Origin: Gemmatimonadales bacterium
GTDB lineage: Bacteria > Gemmatimonadota > Gemmatimonadetes > Gemmatimonadales > JACORV01
Assembly: GCA_030697825.1 (NCBI GenBank)
Contig: JAUYOW010000135.1
Location: forward strand, 8,556 to 72,555
Reading direction: 5' to 3'
Length of the DNA stretch: 64,000 nt
This document shows, one piece after another, positions 29,990 to 40,931 of this stretch. The position numbers were made by a program, and so were the translations under genes. How positions within the stretch are numbered: the stretch's first letter is position 1; every line of letters starts with the position of its first letter. The notes under the pieces are model-generated. The model was given only the letters and a program-made list of their open reading frames with translations, had not been told where the DNA came from and ran no database searches.

Positions 29990-30253
29990 GGTGGGATCTC
30001 TTTCGTTGTCGGAGCGTTGGGCTGAAAGATACAGGGTCGGTGCGCCCTACGCGTCCCCGCCGGCGGCCGGCGGCGCCGGGCTCGCGGCTGGCGCCGCCAG
30101 ACCGCCGCGGCTAGTCTCTCTGGCGTCCAGCGCGGAGGCGTCCGTCTTGCAGCAGGTCAAGGGAACCGTCCTCAAGTCGCGGCTCGCGTTCGGCGAGGAG
30201 GAATGCCGCCGCGGGCGCACCGGTGTGCCGGTATCGGGGCTCGGGGGCGTGAT

Positions 30254-30829
30254 GTGGTGACGGGCCCCGACCCGATCCGCATCGACTACCCCGCGTGGGT
30301 GGACGACGTCGTGGAGTGGGACCGGCGCTACGCGACCGACCAGGAAAAGATGCGCCTCGCCGTCGCCCTCGCGCGCGAGAACGTCGTGCGCGACACGGGC
30401 GGCCCCTTCGGCGCGGCGATATTCGAGCGCGACACCGGACGTCTCGTCGCCGTCGGCATGAACAGTGTGGTGCGCCTCAACAACTGCACCCTGCACGGCG
30501 AGATGGTCGCCTTCATGATGGCGCAGCGGCGCCTGGGCTCGTTCACGCTCGGGGCGCCCGGAATGCCGGCCCATGAGCTGGTCACCTCGTGCGAGCCGTG
30601 CGCCATGTGCCTCGGCGCGACGCTGTGGAGCGGAGTCAAGCGGATGGTGTGCGGCGCGGCGCGGGAAGACGCCACTCGGCTCAACTTCGAGGAAGGACCC
30701 GTCTTTCCCGAATCGTACCGTTACCTGGAAGATCGCGGCATCACGATCGTGCACGGCGTGTGTCGCGACGAGGCGCGCGAGGTGATAGAGCTTTACCGCC
30801 GGCGAAGCGGGAAGATCTACAACGCTTGA
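30254..30829 (+). CDS. CMP/dCMP (CDA-fold) zinc deaminase family protein, possibly guanine deaminase; start uncertain (GTG 30254/30257)
   Basis: Zinc motifs HGEMVAF (H-x-E) and CEPCAMC (PC-x-x-C). Convergent with a xanthine-dehydrogenase-family operon. Confidence 0.7.
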   Translation: MVTGPDPIRIDYPAWVDDVVEWDRRYATDQEKMRLAVALARENVVRDTGGPFGAAIFERDTGRLVAVGMNSVVRLNNCTLHGEMVAFMMAQRRLGSFTLGAPGMPAHELVTSCEPCAMCLGATLWSGVKRMVCGAAREDATRLNFEEGPVFPESYRYLEDRGITIVHGVCRDEAREVIELYRRRSGKIYNA

Positions 30830-30832
30830 GCC

Positions 30833-31672
30833 TTAGGCCTGCGCTGCGGAGCCCGCCGTTTCGCGCCAGAACTGCTCCAGGAGGTTCTCGCTGACCTTGA
30901 GGCGATAGGCCGCCGTGGACCGCATGTCGTCGATGGGGCGGACCTCGCTGCGCAGCGCGCGCTTCGCGTCGTCGAGTGAGCCACCGGCCGCGAGCGCCGC
31001 TTCGGTCTTCGATAGCCTCACCACGGTCGGCGCCACGCTTCCCAGCGCGATGCGCGGCCGGTCCGCGCGCACCGCCGCCATCACGACCTTCGAGATCGCC
31101 TGCGCCACACGCGTACCTACTTTCCTAAACCACTGCGCCCCCTCTACGGGCGGGACCTCCACCGCCACGATCAACTCGTCCGGTCGCATCACGCTCGTGC
31201 GGTAGCCGGTGTAGAACGCGGTGAACGGCACCCGCCTCTCCCCGTCCACGCTCGCCAGGACCACGCTCGCCTCGGCGGCCGCCAGCACCGGCAGCGGGTC
31301 CCCCGCTGGCGACGCGTTGGCGATGTTCCCTCCCAGAGTGCCGCGGTTCTGGACCTGCACGCCGCCCACTTCGCGCGCTGCCGCCACCAGCATCGGGAGC
31401 CGGCGTCGCACCAGGCGCGAGCGGATGATGTCGGTGTACGTCGCGAGCGCTCCGATCGAGAGCAGGTCCCCCGTCTCGCGGATGCGCCGAAGCGGGCCCA
31501 GCCGCGAGAGGTCGAGGAAGCGCGTCGCCGGCAACGTGCCGAAGTTGAGGTTGACGTAGACGTCGGTGCAGCCGGCGACGGGCACGAGCGGGCCCTTGGT
31601 GCGAAGCAGCTTGAGCGCGGTGCCGAGCGTCTTCGGCTCGAGGAGCTCGAGGGCGGAGATCGCGGTCCTCAC
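30833..31672 (-). CDS. Xanthine dehydrogenase family, FAD-binding (medium, CoxM-like) subunit
   Basis: Track ORF 30833..31966 trimmed to GTG 31672 (VRTAISALELLEP...), which has a GTGA overlap with the 2Fe-2S subunit. FAD-binding PCMH pattern ...VAGCTDV..., ...GGNIANASPAGD... Confidence 0.85.
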   Translation of the reverse strand: MRTAISALELLEPKTLGTALKLLRTKGPLVPVAGCTDVYVNLNFGTLPATRFLDLSRLGPLRRIRETGDLLSIGALATYTDIIRSRLVRRRLPMLVAAAREVGGVQVQNRGTLGGNIANASPAGDPLPVLAAAEASVVLASVDGERRVPFTAFYTGYRTSVMRPDELIVAVEVPPVEGAQWFRKVGTRVAQAISKVVMAAVRADRPRIALGSVAPTVVRLSKTEAALAAGGSLDDAKRALRSEVRPIDDMRSTAAYRLKVSENLLEQFWRETAGSAAQA

Positions 31673-32123
31673 GCGCTCGTACCCTCGGGCGCGGGGCGTC
31701 CGTTCCCGGCCGTCAGGACCGCGCGGTAGATCGCCTCGTAGCCGGTGCAGCGGCACAGGTTCCCGGCCAGCCCGACGCGGATCTTCTCGAGCGAAGGCTT
31801 GGGGCCCAGGGCGAGCGCCGCCATGATCATCCCCGGCGTGCACATGCCGCACTGCGCCCCGCCCTCGCGGATGAAGGCTTCCTGGAGCGGATGGGCGCCC
31901 TGGAGGTCCTCGATCGTCCGAACCTCGCACTCTCGCACCTGCGCGAACGGCACGAGGCACGAGCACACCGGCTCGCCGTCAACCAGCACCGTGCAGGCCC
32001 CGCACTCCCCTTCGCCGCACCCTTCCTTCGTTCCGGTGAGCCCGCACTCCTCGCGCAGCACGTCGAGCAGCCGCTTCATCGGCGGTGCGGCGACGTCCAC
32101 CGGCGCGCCGTTGAGGACCAGCT

Positions 32124-32127
<4 letters not shown>
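31669..32127 (-). CDS. Xanthine dehydrogenase family, (2Fe-2S)-binding small subunit
   Basis: 152 aa from ATG 32127 (MKLVLNGAPV...). Cluster motifs CGEGECGACTV and QCGMCTPG ... CRCTGY. Confidence 0.9.
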
Positions 32128-34241
<2,114 letters not shown>

Positions 34242-34327
34242 GGACCGCCCTCGGGTTGGGATGCGCAAAGATGTGGCGCCTCTGGACGGGCGGCAAGAAA
34301 CCGAAGCGGCTAGCGGGCCCTCGGCCT

Positions 34328-35188
34328 TCAGGGGAGTGTGGCCAGGAACTCGCGCGCCACCGCCACTATGTCCCGGTGCCGCACGTCCGCGAGGTAGTTG
34401 AGCCGCCGCATCGTGGCGTCGTCGATCCGGCCCGCCAGCTCCCGCAGCGCGGCGCCGACCTCGGGATGGCGCCGCAGCGTCTCGACTCGTACGACCGGCG
34501 CGGCCTGGTAGGGTGGGAAGTAGTGCCGGTCGTCCTCCAGTGCCACGAGGTGCAGCGCCTCGATCTGCCCGTCGGTGGAGTTCCCGGCGATCATGTCGAC
34601 CTGGCTGTCGGCGAGGGCGCGATACGTCAGTCCGAGGTCCATCACCCGCGGTGGGCCTGCGAACGGGAGGCCGTATGCTCTCTGGAGGCCGGCGAACCCG
34701 TCGGCGCGCTCCATGAATTCGTAGCCGAAGCCGCCGCGCCACGGCCTTGGCCGCAGCGCCGCCTGGGAAACCGTGCTGATCCCAGCCGCATCGTTCGCCC
34801 GGACTATCATCGCGAAGGTGTTGTTGAAGCCGAGCGGCGGGAGCCAGTCGGCACCGAATCGCCGCGAGTAGAGGCCGCGGACCTTCGCGAACGCCGTGTC
34901 GGGGTCCGTGATGACGGGCTGCTCGAGGATCGCAACGAGCGCAGTGCCGCTGTACTCGACGTACAGGTCGATCTGGCCGGCCGTGAGTGCCTGATGGCAC
35001 ACGAACGTCCCGCCCAGGTGGAACCGCCGCTCGACAGTGAGCGCCGTACGCCGCTCGATCTGCTGCGCGACGATCTCGCCCAGGATGTCCGACTCGGTGA
35101 AATTCTTCGATCCCACCACGATGCGGTCGCCGCCCCACCCACATGCCGAGACCACGACGAGCGCCACCAGTACCGACCTTCGCATCAT
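34328..35188 (-). CDS. Glycine betaine/choline-type (OpuBC/OpuCC-like) ABC transporter substrate-binding lipoprotein
   Basis: ATG 35188 (MMRRSVLVALVVVSAC...). VGSKNFTESDILGEIVAQQIE ... GQIDLYVEYSGTA is the OpuAC-domain signature. Confidence 0.85.
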   Translation of the reverse strand: MMRRSVLVALVVVSACGWGGDRIVVGSKNFTESDILGEIVAQQIERRTALTVERRFHLGGTFVCHQALTAGQIDLYVEYSGTALVAILEQPVITDPDTAFAKVRGLYSRRFGADWLPPLGFNNTFAMIVRANDAAGISTVSQAALRPRPWRGGFGYEFMERADGFAGLQRAYGLPFAGPPRVMDLGLTYRALADSQVDMIAGNSTDGQIEALHLVALEDDRHYFPPYQAAPVVRVETLRRHPEVGAALRELAGRIDDATMRRLNYLADVRHRDIVAVAREFLATLP

Positions 35189-35195
35189 GACCCCC

Positions 35196-35303
35196 ATCAC
35201 CTCATCAACTATTATCAACTATCACCTATCACCTATGATCACCTATCACCTATTATCACCTATCACCTCATCACCTATCACCTATACCTATCACCTCATC
35301 ACC
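35196..35303. repeat. Heptad tandem array: ATCACC x11 on the + strand, i.e. (GGUGAUA)n on the operon mRNA, occupying the permease/SBP intercistronic spacer
   Basis: Counted directly. Exact ATCACC starts at 35196, 35221, 35228, 35238, 35245, 35255, 35262, 35270, 35277, 35290 and 35298, plus ATCAAC variants. Confidence 0.9.
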
Positions 35304-35310
35304 TTGTAGG

Positions 35311-35952
35311 TCACCTCATCCCTCTCGGCGTCAACACCTTCTCCAAGCGCCCCAATACGAAATCCGCGACCAGCGCCATCAGCGCCGCCGGCAGCGCCCC
35401 GGCAAGTATGAGCGTGTCGTTCACCATGGCCACCCCGCGGAAGATGTACACGCCCAGACCGCCGGCGCCCACCGCCGCCGCGATCGTGGCGATTCCGATC
35501 CCCACGACCGTGGCCACCCGGATCCCGGCCATGATGACGCCCATCGCGAGCGGCATCTCCACCTGGCGGAGGATCTCCATATCGGTCATCCCCATGCCGA
35601 GCGCGGCCTCGCGCACCGCCGGATCGATGCCGCGGATCCCCGTGTAGGTATTGCGGATGATCGGCAGGAGCGCGTAGACGATCAGCGCAACGATCGCCGT
35701 CCGCGCGCCGATCCCTCCCAGGAAAGGCAGGGGGATGAGGAAGCCGAACAGCGCGAGGCTCGGGATCGTCTGGAGGACGTTGGCGGCGCCCAGCACCGGG
35801 CCGCTCAGCGAGGGCCGCCTGGCCAGCAGCACTCCGAGCGGCACGCCCACCAGGACGGCGGCGCCGGTCGCGGCGACCACGATGAGCAGGTGCTGGCCGG
35901 CGAGGTGCAGCACCTCCGCGCGGTTCCGGGAGAGGAAGTCGAGCAGGCTCAC
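35311..35952 (-). CDS. ABC transporter permease (OpuBB/OpuCB-like betaine/choline family)
   Basis: Track ORF trimmed to GTG 35952 (VSLLDFLSRNRAEV...), with a GTGA overlap with the ATPase gene. BPD-transporter EAA-like loop ...REAALGMGMTDMEILRQVEMPLA... Confidence 0.85.
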   Translation of the reverse strand: MSLLDFLSRNRAEVLHLAGQHLLIVVAATGAAVLVGVPLGVLLARRPSLSGPVLGAANVLQTIPSLALFGFLIPLPFLGGIGARTAIVALIVYALLPIIRNTYTGIRGIDPAVREAALGMGMTDMEILRQVEMPLAMGVIMAGIRVATVVGIGIATIAAAVGAGGLGVYIFRGVAMVNDTLILAGALPAALMALVADFVLGRLEKVLTPRGMR

Positions 35953-36707
35953 GACGCGAGCACCGCGGCGAAGGCCCGCGCCTCCGGATGCTCGGCGCCG
36001 CGGAATTCGGGTGGCGTCCCGAGGAACACGACGCGGCCCTCGGCGAACAGCGCGAGCCGCGAGCCGAGGCGGACCGCCTCGCGCACGTCGTGCGTCACGA
36101 ACACCATCGTCTTGCCGAGTCGCCCCGCGAGGTCCGCGAATTCCCGCTGAAGCTCGGCACGGGTGAGCGGATCGAGGGCGCCGAACGGTTCGTCGAGCAG
36201 CAGGAGCGGCGGGTCGGCGGCGAGAGCCCGGGCGATTCCCACCCGCTGCCGCTGGCCGCCGGACAACTCGTGCGGGAACCGCGCCGAGTAGCGATCGGCG
36301 TCGAGTCCCACGAGCGTTAGCATCTCCCGCACTCGCCCGCGGGTCCGCGCGGGCTCCCACCGTTCAAGCGCCGGCACCAGGCCGACGTTGCGCTCCACCG
36401 TGAAGTGCGGGAAGAGCCCGGTTTCCTGGATCACGTAGCCGATGCGCCGCCGCAGCCGGTGAGGCTCCCAGTCGCGGGTGGACCGGCCTTCGACGAGCAC
36501 GTCGCCGGCCGTCGGCCTCCGGAGGGCGTTGATGAGCTTGAGCGTGGTGGTCTTGCCGGAGCCGCTGCGGCCCAACAGGACGAGGGTCTCCCCCCGGCGG
36601 ACGTCGAGCGTGAGGTCGCGCACGGCGTCGTGCCCGCCCAGCCGGACGGCGACGCCCCGCAGCGAGACGACGGGTTCTGCTACGGCCCCCTCAGGCGCGG
36701 CGCACAC
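35949..36707 (-). CDS. ABC transporter ATP-binding protein (OpuBA/OpuCA-like); start tentative (GTG 36707)
   Basis: Walker A GRSGSGKTT, signature LSGGQRQR, Walker B LLLDEPFGALD. The chosen start overlaps the egtB stop by 17 nt. Confidence 0.85.
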   Translation of the reverse strand: MCAAPEGAVAEPVVSLRGVAVRLGGHDAVRDLTLDVRRGETLVLLGRSGSGKTTTLKLINALRRPTAGDVLVEGRSTRDWEPHRLRRRIGYVIQETGLFPHFTVERNVGLVPALERWEPARTRGRVREMLTLVGLDADRYSARFPHELSGGQRQRVGIARALAADPPLLLLDEPFGALDPLTRAELQREFADLAGRLGKTMVFVTHDVREAVRLGSRLALFAEGRVVFLGTPPEFRGAEHPEARAFAAVLAS

Positions 36708-38028
36708 ACCGGAACTTGGCGAACACGTATGGATAGTGCGGCTGGAACCAGTTGCGGAAGCTGCGGCGCACCAGTGCCGGGTCGGTCGCGTACGACGCAC
36801 CGAGCATCACGTAGTGCTGGTCGTCGAAGAAATCGGCCGAGTACCCGGCGTAGGTGCGCGCATAGGCCTTGAATCCGGGGAACGGCCCGAACCGGCTCTC
36901 CGTCCACTCCCACCCGTTACCGACGAGGTCGAGCACGCCCCAGGCGCTCGCGCCCGCCGGGTGCGCGCCCACCGGCGTCGGCGCCCAGTTTCGAAAACCG
37001 AAGTTCCCGTGCTCCGGGGCAGGCGCGGTGTCTCCCCACGGATAGGCGCGCGAGCCTCCGTCCTGCGTTCCATACGCCGCGCGGTGCAGCTCGGCCTCCG
37101 TCGGCAGCGCGGCCCCCTTCCACTGCGCGTACGCTTTCGCCTCCGCCCAGCTCACGTACACCGGCCAATCGGCGACCTGATCCAGCGGCAGCTCGTCGAA
37201 GAGGGTGCGGTAGCGCCATCCTGCGCCGCCCCGGACCCAGAACGTCGGATGATCGTGCCCCACGCGCAACCGCCACGCCCAGTCGTCTTCGGCCCAGAGC
37301 TCCGCGCGCTCGTACCCGCCCGCTTCCATGAATTCGAGGTACTCGGTGTTTCGTACCGGCGTTCGGTCCATGGTCAGCGACGCGACGCGCGTGTGGTGCT
37401 CGGGGAACTCGTTGTCCCAGCCGAACTGAGTCCGCTCGAAGTCGGCGCCGAGCGTCACCGCACCGCCTGGGACCGGGACGTCGCCGTTGGCTGCCGCCCC
37501 TTGGGTCCGGTACGCCGGGAGATCGCGCGGCTTCAGCTTCAGCGCCGGTGGCAGCTGCTGGATCATGTAGAGGAGAGTCTCATGGTGCATCAGTTCATGC
37601 TCGATCACGATCTGCCAGATCCGCCCGCGGTCGGCGAGCACGTCCCGCCCCTCGAGCGCCGCCACGTCGCCGAACGCGGCACGTATCGCGTCACGCACCC
37701 GGTCGCGGTACGCCAGCACCTGCGCCGGCGGGGGCCAGTCGGCGGGGTTAGCGGGCTCGTAGGCATCCACTCCCACGGGATCGATTCCGCGCTGGAACAG
37801 CGCGTCGAAGGCCGGGTCGAAGGGCTCGCGGCCGAGCACCCCGCGCCACACCTGGTTCCATCCGAACGCGGGGAGATGGCCCACGTAGAAAATGAATGGC
37901 TGTCGGAGGGCGATCGGCCGCGCGAGCAGTGCCTGGTCGGTGAGCAATGCGAAGATACTGTCGGAGCGCTCCCATGCGGCCTCGAGCCGCTCGCGGAGGG
38001 AGGTGTCGGACGCGAGCACGGCCGTCAT
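36691..38028 (-). CDS. egtB: Ergothioneine biosynthesis sulfoxide synthase EgtB (DinB-like N-domain plus FGE-sulfatase domain)
   Basis: ATG 38028 (MTAVLASDTSLRERL...). ...PFIFYVGHLPAF..., ...VIEHELMHHETLLYM..., ...GNGWEWT..., and a C-terminal ...FRNWF.P....FAKFRC style ending typical of EgtB. Adjacent to egtD with an ATGA overlap. Confidence 0.85.
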   Translation of the reverse strand: MTAVLASDTSLRERLEAAWERSDSIFALLTDQALLARPIALRQPFIFYVGHLPAFGWNQVWRGVLGREPFDPAFDALFQRGIDPVGVDAYEPANPADWPPPAQVLAYRDRVRDAIRAAFGDVAALEGRDVLADRGRIWQIVIEHELMHHETLLYMIQQLPPALKLKPRDLPAYRTQGAAANGDVPVPGGAVTLGADFERTQFGWDNEFPEHHTRVASLTMDRTPVRNTEYLEFMEAGGYERAELWAEDDWAWRLRVGHDHPTFWVRGGAGWRYRTLFDELPLDQVADWPVYVSWAEAKAYAQWKGAALPTEAELHRAAYGTQDGGSRAYPWGDTAPAPEHGNFGFRNWAPTPVGAHPAGASAWGVLDLVGNGWEWTESRFGPFPGFKAYARTYAGYSADFFDDQHYVMLGASYATDPALVRRSFRNWFQPHYPYVFAKFRCVRRA

Positions 38029-39020
38029 GCCGCCGCCCCGTTCGCCATGCGGCGGAGCAGCCCCAGCGCGAAGAGGTGTTCCGGGTCCGTGTACCACCGC
38101 TCGATCGCCAGCCCCGTGCCGGCCAGCAGCGCCGCGAACGACTCAGCCGTGTACTTGCAGCTGATCTCGGTTCGGATCTCGTCGCCGGGCGCGAAGTCGA
38201 GGACGAGGCCCGCAGCGGGAATGCGGACGTGCGAGACGCGCGTGGCCGCGAGCCTCATCTCGATCCACGCGCGCCGGCGGTCGTAGAAGGCGACGTGCGC
38301 GAACGCGTCAGGATCGAAGTCAGAGCCCAGCTCGGTGTTGAGGTGCCGCAGGATGTTGCGGTTGAACTCGGCGGTGACGCCCGCCGTGTCGTTGTACGCG
38401 GCCTCGAGGCGCACCGGGTCCTTCACCAGGTCCACGCCGACCAGGAACCCGTCGCCCGGCGCCAGCTGCGCGCTGACCCGCGAGAGGAAAGCCGGGACCT
38501 CATCGGGATGCAGGTTCCCGATAGTGCCCGCGAAGAGGACCGCGAGGCGCCCGCCGCCGGGCCCTAAGGCCGACAGATCTTCGGTGAAGTCTCCCACCAA
38601 GCCGCGGACGTCCACCGCCGGATAGCGCGCCGCCAGGCGGCGCACCGACTCGGCCACGAACGACGCGTTGATGTCGAACAGCCGGCAGCGTGCCTGCCGC
38701 TTCGCGCGCGTCATCGAATCCAGCAGCAGGCCGATCTTGCGGCCGGCGCCTGAACCGAGCTCCACGATCTCCGAGGGTCGCACTCGTTCGACGACCTCGG
38801 CGGCGATGGTCTCCAGCAGGCGCTCTTCGGTGCGCGTCTGGTAGTACTCGGGGAGCGCCGTGATGGCCTCGAAGAGCCGGCTCCCGCGGTCGTCGTAGAA
38901 GTACTTGCTGGGGAGCCAGGGCCGCGGCGCCATGAGGCCGGCGCGGACCTCCGCCGCCATGCGCTCCGTCCGCGCTCCGTTCCGCCGAGCCGCCTCGACC
39001 GGTGCGGGAACCTCTGCCAT
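38025..39020 (-). CDS. egtD: L-histidine N-alpha-methyltransferase EgtD
   Basis: ATG 39020 (MAEVPAPVEAARR...). ...LPSKYFYDDRGSRLFEAITALPEYYQTRTE..., ELGSGAGRK, ...FAGTIGNL... match EgtD. Confidence 0.85.
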   Translation of the reverse strand: MAEVPAPVEAARRNGARTERMAAEVRAGLMAPRPWLPSKYFYDDRGSRLFEAITALPEYYQTRTEERLLETIAAEVVERVRPSEIVELGSGAGRKIGLLLDSMTRAKRQARCRLFDINASFVAESVRRLAARYPAVDVRGLVGDFTEDLSALGPGGGRLAVLFAGTIGNLHPDEVPAFLSRVSAQLAPGDGFLVGVDLVKDPVRLEAAYNDTAGVTAEFNRNILRHLNTELGSDFDPDAFAHVAFYDRRRAWIEMRLAATRVSHVRIPAAGLVLDFAPGDEIRTEISCKYTAESFAALLAGTGLAIERWYTDPEHLFALGLLRRMANGAAA

Positions 39021-39118
39021 GTGATCTCCGTTATGGCGAATCGGAGCGGTAGATGCGGGGACCAGTAATAAAACGTATTCTCCCCCCAAGAAGTTCCTTG
39101 TCAAGGAAGGAGCCCCAT

Positions 39119-40228
39119 ATGCCCGCATGGCATCTCCTCGGCGGCAAGTCCGAGTTGCTGGCGCGCGTCCCGTTCACGGTCAAGCTGGAGCGCCACCAGA
39201 TCGCGGTCTTCTTCCACGAGGAACGGTTCCGGGCGATCGGCAACAGCTGCAACCACCAGGGCGGACCGCTGTGCGAGGGGCAGGTTCGCGGCGAGTTCGT
39301 GATGTGCCCGTGGCACGGCTGGGAGTACAGCGTCATCACCGGCAAGGGACCCGAGGGCTACGACGAGGAGCAGGTGCCGGTCTTCGAGGTAGAGGACCGA
39401 GAGGACGGCGTCTACGTCGCCACGCCGCCCGTGATGCCCCGCAAGCTCGTCAAGCACAAGCCGTCACACCTCCTCGAGGGGCACCAAAAGCCGGCCGGCG
39501 CGCCGGCCCGGGTACTGGGCATCTCCACCACCGCGATGGACGACGCCAATCCGCGTTACTCCACATCGGACTCGCTGCTCGGCCACGCCCTGGACCTGGC
39601 CCGCGAGCGGGGCGCCGAGACGAAGCTGGTGCGCTTGAACGAGCTGAAGTTCCGTCCCTGCGAGGGGAACTACTCGAAAGCGGCGCGCGCCTGTACCTGG
39701 CCGTGCGCGATCACCGAGCGCGACCCCGATGACCAGCTCACCGTAGTGTACGAGGGCCTGGTGCACTGGGCCGACGTGGTGCTCATCGCGACGCCGATCC
39801 GGTGGGGCAGCGCCTCGTCGCTGTACTTCAAGATGATCGAGCGCATGAACTGCATCCAGAACCAGATCACCATCCACAACAACGTCCTGATCGGGAACAA
39901 GGTCGCGTCGTTCATCATCACCGGCGGGCAGGACAACATCCAGGCGGTGGCGGGCGGGATGATGACCTTCTGGTCGGAGCTGGGCTTCGTCTTCCCGCCC
40001 TTCCCATTCATCGCCCATTCGCGCGGATGGGACGCCGAGGACATGCAGACCAACGTGCGGCAGGTGAAGGCGAGCGAAGCGCTCCGCACCGCCGCGCGTG
40101 AGCTGGCGGGGCGCGCGATCGACTTCTGGGGGATCGTGGACCGCCACCGCGCAGAGATGGGCAAGCCGATGGAGCGCGCGGGCCGGAAAGCACAATCGTT
40201 GGTGGCGAGAGAGGCGGCGACGACATGA
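39119..40228 (+). CDS. Fusion protein: N-terminal Rieske [2Fe-2S] domain plus C-terminal flavodoxin-like NADPH-dependent FMN reductase / iron-sulfur flavoprotein domain
   Basis: ATG 39119 is preceded by AAGGAAGGAG. Rieske motifs CNHQGGPL and CPWHGWEY. The C-terminal half (VLGISTT...LIATPIRWGSASSLYFKMIERM...FIITGGQDN) looks like an NADPH-FMN reductase fold. Confidence 0.7.
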   Translation: MPAWHLLGGKSELLARVPFTVKLERHQIAVFFHEERFRAIGNSCNHQGGPLCEGQVRGEFVMCPWHGWEYSVITGKGPEGYDEEQVPVFEVEDREDGVYVATPPVMPRKLVKHKPSHLLEGHQKPAGAPARVLGISTTAMDDANPRYSTSDSLLGHALDLARERGAETKLVRLNELKFRPCEGNYSKAARACTWPCAITERDPDDQLTVVYEGLVHWADVVLIATPIRWGSASSLYFKMIERMNCIQNQITIHNNVLIGNKVASFIITGGQDNIQAVAGGMMTFWSELGFVFPPFPFIAHSRGWDAEDMQTNVRQVKASEALRTAARELAGRAIDFWGIVDRHRAEMGKPMERAGRKAQSLVAREAATT

Positions 40229-40662
40229 CCGAGCGCATGCGGGTAGCGAAGGCGTACGAGAAGGCGCTTTTCGCGGGGCGAATGGACGAGGTAGCGGGCT
40301 ACCTCACCGACGACGTCGTGTACTGGGTCGCGGGCGCACCGCCGATCGGCGGCGAGTGGCGTGGCAAGGAGGCGGTGCTGCGCGCCTTCGACCAGCGCGA
40401 ACCCGGACTGGGTGCGGCCGACTGGGGGTATGAGGACCTCGAGCGCTCGTGGTACGATGCCGAGGACCGGGTGATCGTCGAGATCCGCGAGCGCAGCTGG
40501 CTCAAGAGCGCGCCGTCCGACGTGATGGACCAGCGGACCTGCGCCGCGATCCGGTTCCGCGGAGAAAAGATCTGCGAAATGCGCGACTACACCGACTCGC
40601 ACTTGTACGAGGAGTTTCTGAAGCGGCACCGCGGTCAGCTGCCGAAGTTCGCGGGGCGCTGA
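40225..40662 (+). CDS. SnoaL-like / NTF2-fold protein (ketosteroid-isomerase-like)
   Basis: 145 aa. ...AKAYEKALFAGRMDEVAGYLTDDVVYWVAG...RGKEAV...F... is the pattern of SnoaL-like domains. ATGA overlap with the upstream gene. Confidence 0.65.
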   Translation: MTERMRVAKAYEKALFAGRMDEVAGYLTDDVVYWVAGAPPIGGEWRGKEAVLRAFDQREPGLGAADWGYEDLERSWYDAEDRVIVEIRERSWLKSAPSDVMDQRTCAAIRFRGEKICEMRDYTDSHLYEEFLKRHRGQLPKFAGR

Positions 40663-40783
40663 GAGCGGCCGTTGGCCGATGGCCATTGGCCGTTCGGCGA
40701 GCATGAGGGCGTGCCGCATCGCGACGTAGTAGTCCGCCAGGGCGCGCCTCACGCTCGACCACCGATGGCGCCGCACGCGCGAC

Positions 40784-40809
40784 GCGCCTATGCCTAAGCG
40801 GATAGGCGC
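40784..40809 (+). terminator. 8-bp hairpin (GCGCCTAT / ATAGGCGC, 10-nt loop GCCTAAGCGG) downstream of the SnoaL-like gene
   Basis: Read directly. There is no U-tract, so terminator function is speculative. Confidence 0.25.
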
Positions 40810-40931
40810 CGGGTGGGCGGGCCGGCTTGCCCGGTTGGTGGCGTGAGCGCACCTTGAACGGCGTCGCTGCGACCGGCCCGGGGGAACGGTGGCGCCGGCG
40901 CCGGCCGCTGCATATCATCGCGAGTCTTGCA

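Noticed and set aside
35196-35303. Heptad and octamer arrays (also at 3031-3092, 9378-9403 and 25745-25852) considered as CRISPR arrays
   Set aside because: The period is 7-8 nt with no spacers, there are no cas genes, and the arrays are only 25-110 nt long. They are microsatellite-like tandem repeats.
39670-40918. Minus-strand ORFs 39670..40776 and 40502..40918, checked as possible intI remnants next to the cassette array
   Set aside because: They overlap the Rieske-flavoprotein and SnoaL genes or are Arg-rich junk. I could see no tyrosine-recombinase motifs (R...H-x-x-R...Y). I could not exhaustively check short fragments.
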